From: Botryllus schlosseri
Lineage: Eukaryota
Length of the DNA stretch: 64,000 nt
Assembly: GCA_051294905.1 (NCBI GenBank)
Contig: CM119372.1
Location: 30,566,001-30,630,000, forward strand
Direction of reading: 5' to 3'
Positions 36,094 through 46,691 of this stretch are shown one piece after another. The notes beneath the pieces were generated by a model, which was not told the DNA's origin, did no database searches, and saw nothing but the letters and a program-made list of their open reading frames with translations. Made by a program: the position numbers and the translations under genes. Within the stretch, counting starts at the first letter, position 1. Every line of letters starts with the position of its first letter.

Positions 36094-37625
36094 TGAGAAG
36101 AATAGAATTTCACTTGCAGTCGTCTACTCACAATGAGAAATAGAAAAGGCGTGCTGTACATTGGATAGGTGAGAACACACACAAATAGTTCAGAAAATTG
36201 AACGCAACTAATTCTCCGGAACATGCTAAACAGATTTATCCAACCCGAGTGTTCGAAACACTTTTTTTCCAATGTTTTTTGGATGAAATGGTTAATGAAT
36301 GCCTGCACAGTCCACAGGGGACTATAATTTATGTGGTTCGATTTCAACTATATAGTAGTAATAACAGGCAGTTTCAACTTGGGGAAATGGACCAACTTTG
36401 ATGCGCAGGCACAACCAAACAATTTAATCAGTGATTACAAATTATCAGGATAAAAAAGATGTCTTAATCCCTAATGTGCATGGTTAATGATTGCGGGGCC
36501 ACATTTGAGCGTTTATACAATTCCTACAAATGGTTGTCTCATGATTCCCAATAAAAACTTTCACACCAAAATTCTAATCTTCGAGACGCGTATTTTTCTA
36601 TCATAAAATAATATGAACAACAACAGACATAACAAGAGTCAAATTATCGAATGTTCCAAGCCAACAATTTTTTCACAACACTGCAGTCTGCACTTCATTT
36701 CAATGTGAATGGCATTGGATATGTAGGCATCGTAGATTTACTCAGATATCCCAGGTATCGCAGATATCACTTCTGTGGTATGAAACGTTCAACGTGTCCG
36801 ATAGAGAGAGAGAGAGAATCGTTATTCGTATTCATTACGTATCAACATTACAGTACAAAAATGTAACAGGGAAATGCGACATGCAAGGTAGACGGGAGGC
36901 TCCATATGACAAAGTCTCGGAAGCCTGCGAGGGCATACAGCGGATGACAGCTTGCAATGGTACCAAGGTGGGTGTCAGATTCCATAGACTACTCCTTGTC
37001 GCTTCGACATCTTCCTGTCTTTTCATTGCATCGCATTTTTTGTGGTGTATTGAACTGATAAAATTGCTAATAAAACCAATGATGATGGTAGTATAGCTGA
37101 GAGGAACGTCCTGATGAATGAGTTCTTGACTATCAATTCAACAAACAACCATTGCCCTTTCCAGATGATATATTGTACGGATAAATTAAAACAGTAGGTT
37201 TTGTTTCACACATTCAATTCAATCTATTGCTATAATTTTTATCATTTCAATACATTATACAAGACTGTGATAAAATGAAAAATAGGAAGGTGTCGAAACG
37301 ACTTGAAGTAGTCTTCGAAATCATACACGATGTTAAAAAGGAGGCATTCACACTGAATGAAAAGTAAAAGAATATAATATAAAAGGACAGGTGACAGTAA
37401 AAAGGTGGCACGTGTCGCGGAAGGCGAGATCTATATGTCAGGTCGTGGTTCGGTAAACTAGACCAGTGGTTCTTAAACTTCTCAGAGCGCGGCCCGAATG
37501 AGTTTTAGTAGCATCTCGTGACTTGAAGTAGTACAAATACAACAATAGATATCATGATCATAAACGTCATTTTATGTTGAACTATTATGAGCTGCGCACG
37601 ACAACACTGTCCGGCGACTAATGAA

Positions 37626-38135
37626 TACGGCTGGGCACAATAATTCGAGTACTCGAATCTGAATCGAGTAATAATTTTGATGATTCGAGTCGAGTAGCAA
37701 AAGACGATAGTACTGAAATTATACGCTTATTGCCACTGAAAGTTAATATATCAACGAGAATTACAGTTTCGATACTAATTTTCACTGTTGAAGCCCTGAA
37801 ACCTTGATTGGCGGTATCGTAGCATACGAAACATATAGTACAAAGCTACGAAAGTTACTGGGCGTAGCACATTAGCGAAGTCATGATTATCCCACAACAT
37901 TGTCATCAAGTGGAATGAAATCGGTATGGTCGAAAAAATACCAAAGTATCATTTAGGAGATGGATAACAGGCATTATATTATTTGTGGTGACATAAACGG
38001 TACATATTTGAACTTTGACATATTGCATTCTGTTATGACGTCATAAGGAGTGATACTCGATTACTCTACTCGACTCGAAGCATATTTCGTGATTCAGAAT
38101 CGAATCACTCAGGTACTCGATTTTGCCCAGCCCTA
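37626..38135. mobile_element. hAT MITE (TAGGGCTGGGCA family, GAGTC/TCGA subterminal repeats)
   Basis: tacggctgggca...tgcccagcccta; perfect TSD ctaatgaa (37618-37625, 38136-38143). Related ends at ~13-45, ~3160-3190 and 16623. Confidence 0.85.
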
Positions 38136-38569
38136 CTAATGAATAGATATTGGGGCTGGTCAGACATGTTACTATAGCTGAAAGACTATATCTAAGATTG
38201 ATCTTGTGGGACGTCCTATGCCGTTTTCCAAGTGTCTCGGCCTTGGCAGTGTCTGGGCCATTTCACAAATAGGCTATATGTTTTTGATATCAGCTGACTC
38301 TCCATCGATGGAATGCTGTTGCCATCGCCGAAGCCGTTTCAGCTAGTATGGAATAATGTTGTTGGGCACAGGCCAATAGCTTATTTTGAAACAACAACAA
38401 TAATAATTTGAAACCGAAATAAATTTTAGCATTTCAAAATGCTTTATTTCGCGTACGTCCAAAATCACAAATCAGATCGCCGGCCGCGATTGCCCAGAAA
38501 TCGGTGTAAATACGGAATCATAATAAAGAATATTAGCTTGGTGCAAAATGACCAATGTAGTCGAAGCAG

Positions 38570-38614
38570 CAACAACAACAACAACAACAACATCATCAAC
38601 AACAACAACAACAA
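38570..38614. repeat. (AAC)n microsatellite with an ATC interruption
   Basis: caacaacaac...catcatcaacaacaac read directly. Confidence 0.9.
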
Positions 38615-38625
38615 CCGACATTATA

Positions 38626-38717
38626 TAGGCTTACCATATTTCGGAAATAAATGAAAAAAGAGGACACTTATTCAGAAATTTCAGACATGCAAAACTGGAG
38701 AAGCTTCATGATCGGTT

Positions 38718-38749
<32 letters not shown>

Positions 38750-39055
38750 CATTTCCGCTCAGAGTTCAAAAACACGTTTTTCACTCCTCATTGCTAGGTG
38801 GATGACTAAAAAAAAAAGGTCTTCATTTCGCTCAGAGCTGAAATCACCGCTTTTCCCTCCGAAATACCCGCCGGAGCTTCACTTCTGCGCTAATTTGCGG
38901 CATATCACTCGCAATTTCCTCTATATCTGACCTAAATTTTCAAAAAAGAGGACAAAATCTCAAAAAAGAGGACAAAAGGGCGTCCTCCGAGGACACTTTC
39001 AAAAAAGTCAAAAAAGAGGACAAATCCTCTTAAAAGAGGACGTATGGTAAGCCTA
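38626..39055. mobile_element. hAT MITE with GAGGAC repeats
   Basis: TAGGCTTACCATA...TATGGTAAGCCTA inverted termini; same family as 28879 and the right ends at ~34535 and ~447; TSD not evident. Confidence 0.65.
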
Positions 39056-39180
39056 TATCGCACACCCCAGCAGGGTGTGCCATAGTTTTTAAGGGTGTGC
39101 CACTTTGATTGGATGATTGGTATCTGGTTACGGTCAGGTTAGTATAATCCAGTGGTTCCCAACCTTTTTCGACTCATCGC

Positions 39181-42100
39181 CAGGGCATGGTATGGTATGG
39201 TATGGAATGGGAATTTTCCATACTCCATACCCGCCCAATCGTTTCATACCATACTTGTCAATTTTCCATACCATAGCAACCTTCTTCCATTCCATATTTG
39301 ATACTTTTTCCATACTTTCGCAACTTGCCCAACCTCTCGAGTGATCTTGTATTTTTGATATGTGGAAATGTTGCGGCGTTTTTATTCTGATAATTTTGGA
39401 TGAAATTATCCATTTAAACAGCTCTGATGCACCAACGATATCCCCAGTTTCTTTATATTATATGTCGTCAGCAATGTATGGTGCCTAATCATCGAAGGCG
39501 GAACGTATAATATATAGGCCTACACACGGAATTATTTGAAAATCAAAAAGAATCTCATGACATGTAAATCTAGTGTGGTAACGAACTGGTATAGCAGTAA
39601 CATCATCTACAAAATTACATAAACCAAAGGTATTGTGAAATTAGAAGATTGGCTCCCAACCCTTTCTTCTTTATTCTGCACAACCTAAAATCTATATTTC
39701 CACCATTTAAAATTGCTCCCTTCAATAAAATTTGGTGAGACTTGAGTTTTGTAAAGACTTATTGCTATTGGTGAAAGTTAAGACTCCCAGAATTGAACAG
39801 CACGCAATGAAATAAATGACAGTGAACTGGTAACCGTAAACGCAATGTTGCGCCTCCGTCAAGTGTATGTGTAAGCCGACAGAAAAATAGGAAGGGTTTG
39901 AAATATTTCCAAATGTAGCGAGGTAGCACCAATTTACATGTGTAAATGCCTAACAATGCATGGGCCAGATAAACTTCCTGCTGTTATATATAAGCCGTCA
40001 TAAGCTACACTTTCGCACGCTACATATAACTCGAAAAGAAACGTGTCATTTCACCTGTAACGAGTCCCGCTATATGCTATCAATTAGCAAGTCCGCGATT
40101 TCCCTGAATACATATTCACATATGACCGTATATTATAACGAATCAGGTGATTTCAATCACACCATTTCGTCTGCGACTGAATAACAACGTATATGCGGGA
40201 GATCGCGTGCCGCTGTCCAGTCGATCCTCGCTAATTGGAGGCACTGATAATACGAACTGCTGAATTGCAAATGTGCTAATAGGCCTAATTAATGTGTTTT
40301 TTTTTTACAAGTGAGTATATACCCGACCAGAAACCACTAAATTACCCACCGGTTCGAAACCACTGCATTAGAATATATCTTAGAATATAAATTTACATCA
40401 CTACAATCATTTTGGTACAGTGGATCAAATGTCCATTTTCCCCGCCAATCTGCGGGCCACACATTATATTCATTAGCCAAGATCAGGGTGTCTCTATTCT
40501 TCTATCAGAGATAGCCAAATTTCATGGAGTTTAATGCGTCTTGGAGGCCGGCATATCGTAACGTCGCTCAAGGCTACATATTTTTGAATTACAATGATAG
40601 TTATGTCAAACAGATATTGCGTGATGATCATCCTACCAAAGCGCAGAAAGTTATTTCTAAGTTCAACATATAAAAATAAAAATATTCATGTAATTAACTT
40701 TTACATCAGGGGTCGCCAACTCAAAATGGGTCGCGGGCCAATTTCCGAAATTCATAGAGGCCGCGGGCCGCATGACTTCAGTATATCGAGATAAAAATAG
40801 GCAACGCATAGTTACCACAAAATAAATAATCTTATATTGAAGAAATACAAAAGCAAAAACAAAAATACCTTGATCATCAATAGCAATTACATTCTATTTT
40901 AGACTATGAGCTGCGCAAGACCTGACAACACTCTTCAGCAACTAAATCAGGGGTCAACCTTTTTGCTATTCACGGCCGTATTTCGATTACTTATGTAGCC
41001 TACGGTCGTATTTCGGTGCATAGTCGCAATGAAGTAATTGTAGGCCAAATACCCACGTTAAACTGCCCATAACTATGGCCGATGAACTACAAACTGATCA
41101 AATGACTCATATCAGCTTACTATGCGCACTGAAATCGTGAGTAGTCATGTTACGAAGAGGTGCGGGATTCGTTCTGTAGTCGTAATAAAAAAAATCATGT
41201 CCGTGAGTGAATTTCGTCATTATAATATTAGAATAGTTTCACATATTACTATCGAATATTTACCCTATCTCAGCCCATGTGATCACAGTTTCGCCGGTAG
41301 AGCTGATGCAAAAGATGTCTTCAAAAATTCAGAGAAGTTATGCTGTGCTGCACATCTTTGAGTGGGCAAATCGGTATTAGTACCCATTGTTGCAAGCTGT
41401 TATTTCTTGCCCCCCCCCCTCCATAGGATTGTCAGTATAGTGGAAAGATATTCGATTCGCTCAAACGTAGGCCTACCAGAAACGAATTTCCTTCGGGGTC
41501 AGGAGAAGAAGTCGTAAAGCTTGGTCTTTTGGGGAGCTCGATGTCGATTTCCTAGCGTCTCGGTCTTGGCAGTAGTGGGCTATTGCACGCCAAGCAATAT
41601 GCCTATTCATAGCACCAAATTCTTCCTCCATGATGATATTACCATATAGCCGTGCCTAGCCGTATCAGCTAGTGAGGAATAGTGATATTGGGCACAGGAG
41701 TATAGCTTACTTTGAACAACAACAATATTATGTTTAAACTTTAATCAATTTCAGCATTTCAAAGTGCTTTACCAACCGTTCTTCGAAAATTTCAAATCAG
41801 GTCGTGGACCGCAAAATATGACCTCGCGGGCCGCGTGTTATTGGTGAACCCTGTTTTACATTCTCAGAATCTACGATCTTAAAACTCCCTTGGTAGTTTA
41901 CGGAGTGGAAGTTATGATATCCGAAATGCAAGTTGTAACGCGACAGCGGTCGAATGTCATTCGTTTTTATGATATTTAGATTTGATTCGATTTGAATATT
42001 CATTATTAATAGTATTTTCGCACACATGTGCGTAGCGCTACTTTGTTGTCTTCAAATAGATGTCGACCGGGGTGGGTGAGTGATAAATCGCAATTTGAGA

Positions 42101-42346
42101 TATGAACATAGACAGTGGGCGATTTTCTGAGGTATGCAATCAATTTGACAAATCGAAAGGAGGATGATTGTCATGATTCTGGCAAAACTGCCAAAGTATG
42201 GAAAAAGTATTGAAGTATGGAAACAACATCCCATACCATACTTAGAAAATTTCCATACCATACCTTACTTGCACTCTTCCATATTCCATACCGAAATATC
42301 GTTCCATACCATACCATACTTCCATACCACACCATACCATGCCCTG
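39181..42346. mobile_element. Middle hAT element of the nested stack ((CCATA)n subterminal repeats)
   Basis: CAGGGCATGGTATGG...CCATACCATGCCCTG; perfect TSD ctcatcgc (39173-39180, 42347-42354). Confidence 0.88.
40707..41853. mobile_element. Inner hAT element of the nested stack
   Basis: CAGGGGTCGCCAAC...TTGGTGAACCCTG; perfect TSD ttttacat (40699-40706, 41854-41861). Interior 40900-41780 is a diverged paralogue of 37580-38440. Confidence 0.82.
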
Positions 42347-43976
42347 CTCATCGCCCCCTTTTCAAGCTCAACACCGATCATCGACCGAAAAATGGGCATA
42401 CAAACTGTAATGACCGGCGCGTTGACTAAAAAAAAAGGTCAAATTTTCGGCTCGATGTCGAATTTTCCACTTTTTCAACTAAGTTTTCGTGGGTTGACTA
42501 AAAAAAAAGGTCGTTTCTCCGATTTGACTCCAATATAGCCGTTTTACCGCATCATCGCCCCCCTATCGCCCCTTCGTCATTTTCGCCCCCCTAGACTGCC
42601 AAATCGCCCCCTGGGGGCGATATCGCCCACGTTGGCAATCACTGGTATAATCGATAATACTATAATCTGATACCACATCATACAGGTCGATGACTGGGTT
42701 ATCTTATACTTACCAATGAACTTATTAAACTGCGGTAAGGTCTGCTTTAAAATCAGGGTTTAACCATAGTGTCCTATACGGTGTAAGCAAATCTCACGGT
42801 TCAGTGAAATTGGTTTACGTCACACTTTCCATTTGGCTGAAGGCAATTTGACGGTATAATTTCTGACCGGCTTGCCGAGCTTCAAGTTTGATAAAACGGG
42901 TATCAATCGAAAGCTGCCGCTGTAATGATTACGAAAATATATTTTTTATTTCGCTCGTGCCCCCGGAACCCCCACAATCAGCCTCGAATTTTTCATTGTT
43001 ATGGAGAATGGCATAGTGACGCAACAATACTGTCTAGTGAAACGAGAGAGTAGCTCATGAGCAAATGAGTGGCTGCGCGGCGAGAGTGAGTGCTCACTGC
43101 TCAGCTGGCGGAGCGGCAAACGGCAATGAGCTTGTGTTTCGATGGAAATCATGTCGCAGGGAAACGTTACGCTGTTATTAATTTCTATGGGCGCTTCGGT
43201 AGGAGCGAGCACACAAATTACCAGCATTTCCTTGACGTGTAAGGGTAGAACTGGGTCCACAGAGAGCATATTAAGGCCCTGCGAATTTTCACGGATTGTC
43301 CTTCAACTTATAGAGATGTTTCAGTATAGGTAGCTGTATATACTACATTCTATATGTCAGATTATTATAAAATCGATTGGCTTAGCCCGCTTGTTGTGTA
43401 GGGCTCCACAGACACGTTGCATCCGCGTCTTCGTTTTGATATGAACGAGGAGTGCCGAAAATCATTTCCGCAAAGATAGATGGAGGCTAATGCCATATTA
43501 ACGCATAACGCCTCCGACGATAGTATTGGTGTGAACGCAACATTTATGGCACCAAAATGAGGAAACATATATTTTATGAACATATCACCCTCAGCATCTA
43601 GCGCAGGGACAGGCAACATACGGACCGCGGGCCGGATTCGGCCCGCAGAGAGTTTTTACCGTCAAAGGGAAATCCTAATCTAAAAGTATAGATAAATTTT
43701 ATACGCAAAACAATGGATCCAAGTTTTCCAACCTGAGAAGGACTGTCATGAAACGACTTGTTCTGTTCGGGTTTACGTATATACGAGCAAACATTTTCGA
43801 CCATGAACAATTGAACATTAACAAGCATGAATTTCAGGGTTGGAGCGTAATGCTTTGATAGTAACGAAACACTCTTTGTTCATCCAAAAAAAAACTTGTC
43901 GAGAGGGCATCCGCAATAAGAATGCACTAAATCTCATAGCCGAGCTTTAAAAGTAGGTATAGGCCTATCATTGTCC

Positions 43977-44013
43977 GATTTATGACGAGTGTTAGCCGAA
44001 AATTATTCGGTTT
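43977..44013 (+). ncRNA. Degenerate hammerhead motif in a 5'-truncated copy of the same repeat
   Basis: tATGACGAgtgttagccGAAAattattcggttt followed by the family 3' flank aattgtatattgaagttctgtacctccaaga. Confidence 0.45.
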
Positions 44014-44759
44014 ATTTCAACATGAATATACTCTTTAATTGTATATTGAAGTTCTGTACCTCCAAGAAGCTATTCAAATAGTGGTTATGTATATCGCAGG
44101 ATAAAATGGATTTCGTGGCGAGGTTTCAATCCCTGCATTGGGAAAAATTAAGGAAATTCTTCCGGAAATTTTTATTTCAAACGACTGTTCACTATAATTT
44201 GATGAGACTGACAACTTCAAATCGAGAAGGTTTTGCAGACATTACGAAGTCACCCTGATTGACGTTACTATCTCCATATTTTTATTTCTTCCACAAACCC
44301 CAACAAAACGTCTCTAAACAGTAATATGTTTGTATCAGCAGATTATTGGAAAATTGGCAATGAAAATGAATTTCCACGCTACGATAGTTAATCATGTCAG
44401 ACGATTATTATGATGATGAGTCATGAGGTTTTAGCAGTTGTGGTGCGAAACTGCCTCATGCTTTCTAAAATTAAAAAATAAAATAAAAATTAGGTTGTCA
44501 ACCATTTTAAAAATTTAGAGGTCTCGCGGACCCCCTGAAATTGCTTCGCGGACCCCCGGTTGAGAACCGCTGCTTTATTAGATAGCTTGCGGGCCGGACC
44601 AGTCAAATGATTTCAAAATGTTACCACCAAATCCTTACCCATGTTTTAAACTGGAATGCACTATGCCTTGGCATAGCCCATGTCAGGAATATAGGAGATA
44701 GTGTAGTATGGTTACGATAAGCACCCACCAATCTGACGGATCGAGTTCGATTGCCGTCG

Positions 44760-45543
44760 GAGGTTCATCTGGGTTCCGGGGTCCACAACTAGAGCTCATG
44801 AAAAGCTACATGACTGGGAGATATCAAATGGTTTCGATATCCAACACTTTGTCCTCCCCCCACCTTGTTACCTGTGGTGTTCCGCAAGGCTCTGTTCTTG
44901 GACTTGTCCTTTTTACTTTATATGTCAATGATATCTTTGAAACCTCATCATTGAATACCACATTCTTCGCTGACGATACTCACCTCCTATCTCACGCACC
45001 TACTACCGCAAGCTTGAATGCCGTCACCAGTGATCAAATGCCAAAGTGCATGAGTGGATGTCCCATAATAGTCTTCGGGTTAACGCTGCGAAATCCCAAT
45101 TATTGGTCGTGAACTCCTGCGATAACCTAACCATTGACAGCATCGCTGGCCAACCAATTTCCAACACTAAAAATGCCAAATACCTTGGTGTTTTACTGGA
45201 TTCGGACATGTCCTGGAAGAGTCACAAACAATCACTCAAACCACGACTATCGAAGGTATGTGGTCTATTTCGCCGCCTTAGCTACATACTGCCAGTCAGC
45301 GTGCTGTTGATACTTTTCAACTCTCTATTCCTATCAAAGTTACAATACGGAATTCTTCGTTTGGGTGCTGCCTGCAAGAATACAACTGACCCACTGCAAA
45401 AACTTCAACATCGGATCATCCGTAAGTATCATTGCCAAAGCCCCACGGGGCCTGGATGTGCAACTGATAAATCGCTTCTCAAAAGATTTAGTGTTCTAAA
45501 CTTAGAAGATATGAGGAAGCTAGAAATTGCCAACTTGGAGTAG
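44760..45543 (+). mobile_element. Non-LTR retrotransposon (CR1/L2-type) reverse transcriptase fragment, frameshifted
   Basis: GVPQGSVLG.VLFTLYVND and FFADDTHL motifs; after a frameshift near 45040, WMSHNSLRVNAAKSQ, AKYLGVLLDSDMSWKSH, SKLQYG. Confidence 0.9.
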
Positions 45544-45634
45544 CCATTAGGACGCAATAAGCGACAAAATGGGGTGGCATGTGGCGGAGGGCAAGGTCGA
45601 TGTTAGGTCGTGGTCCGGTAATCATGAAGACTGG

Positions 45635-46090
45635 CTAGTATTGATTTAGCAGAAATTGCTTGTATTGCGACTTGAATGCGGACATGCTCGACGACTGTCG
45701 GATAGCCGGCGAGATGCTGTTGCACAATTGGAGTCCGGCATACTTGATAGAGCAATGCGTTTTCTTGTATTCAGTCCTGATCATATGGTAGTTGTTCTTC
45801 GTTGAAGCGCGTGTGCTGTAGGCCTGCTTGTGCGCTTTTGATTCCGAGGTAAAGAAGTCATTGAAATATTCGGGGCAACGACCGCAGTGGAACTGGTACA
45901 TAAACTTGGCGATTTCTAGTTTCCGCATATCTTCTATGTTTAGGTCGCCGAATCTCTTCAGCAGCGACTTGTTGGATGGGCAGCCAGGCCCCTTTGGGGC
46001 CCTAGCTATGATTCGGAGTACTTTATGCTGTAGTTTTTGCAGTGGCTCGAGTGCAGTTTTACTGGCAGCCCCCCCAACAGAGGATGCCAT
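45635..46090 (-). mobile_element. 3' fragment of a related LINE ORF2 in the opposite orientation
   Basis: LQKLQHKVLRII..GPGCPSNKSLLKRF..LNIEDMRKLEIAKFMY...YSTRAST...IKYAGLQLCNSI...FKSQYKQFLLNQY*; overlaps in homology with 45370-45540. A ~50-bp downstream segment (45573-45621) recurs at 37404-37456. Confidence 0.85.
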
Positions 46091-46691
46091 AATGTAATTT
46101 CGATTGGATTAAGGATTTAAAGAGTATCAGAGTATTCTGTAAACTATAACCATAGCCTTTGTAAAGGCCATGCTATAACTAGACATCTTCAACCCGTGAA
46201 CCAGACACGAATTACCGGTTATGATCTTCGTAACATAAATCCGGATAACAAATGCTGCAATCGGATCTGGATCTGGGCTGGACTGGAAATCTGGCTTGGC
46301 AATCGTCAACAACATTGGAATGGAGTGACCGAGCGAATTAATGAGTTATTTTGGTTATCATTATATAGCTCAAAAAAGCTCAGTGGGTTCTATAATATCG
46401 AACATAAGCATCGGGACTATAGACAATTTTATTTTGAAGAACTGGGAGGAACATCATGAGGAATGGTTAACAACTTGAATGTTTTCAGTTTCGGATCTTT
46501 TTATATAGCCTATTAAATTTTTGTCAAGTTTGATAAGTCTGACCACGTCTTATCATCACAAAAACAAGTGGACTTTTTACGCAAGTTCAGTAGCAGCACT
46601 GCTAATGTGCTAACTAACACTTGAATACCAATCAATTTGAATTACTTCATTAGAACCATAGTTTGCTTGTTTGGGCTACTAGAATTCTGCA

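Larger units (their letters stand above)
20590..36790 (-). repeat. Tandem segmental triplication of a kelch-gene unit
   Basis: Three copies of upstream region, 38-nt exon 1, intron and exon 2; copies 2 and 3 are followed downstream by PCGF1 5' ends and homologous intergenic DNA. Confidence 0.85.
39150..42644. mobile_element. Outer hAT MITE of a nested stack
   Basis: CAGTGGTTCCCAAC...GTTGGCAATCACTG; perfect TSD gtataatc (39142-39149, 42645-42652); an uninterrupted family member lies at 53150-53454. Confidence 0.85.

Noticed and set aside
42220-42346. Regularly spaced CCATA repeats, and GAGTC/GAGGAC repeats at 170-330 and 38940-39045, as CRISPR-like or satellite arrays
   Set aside because: They are subterminal repeats of hAT elements bounded by TIRs; no constant repeat-spacer structure.
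44708-46090. Twin-priming inversion as the origin of the opposed LINE fragments
   Set aside because: The 5' part lies beyond the 3' end of the other fragment and the overlapping region is diverged, which fits two independent insertions.
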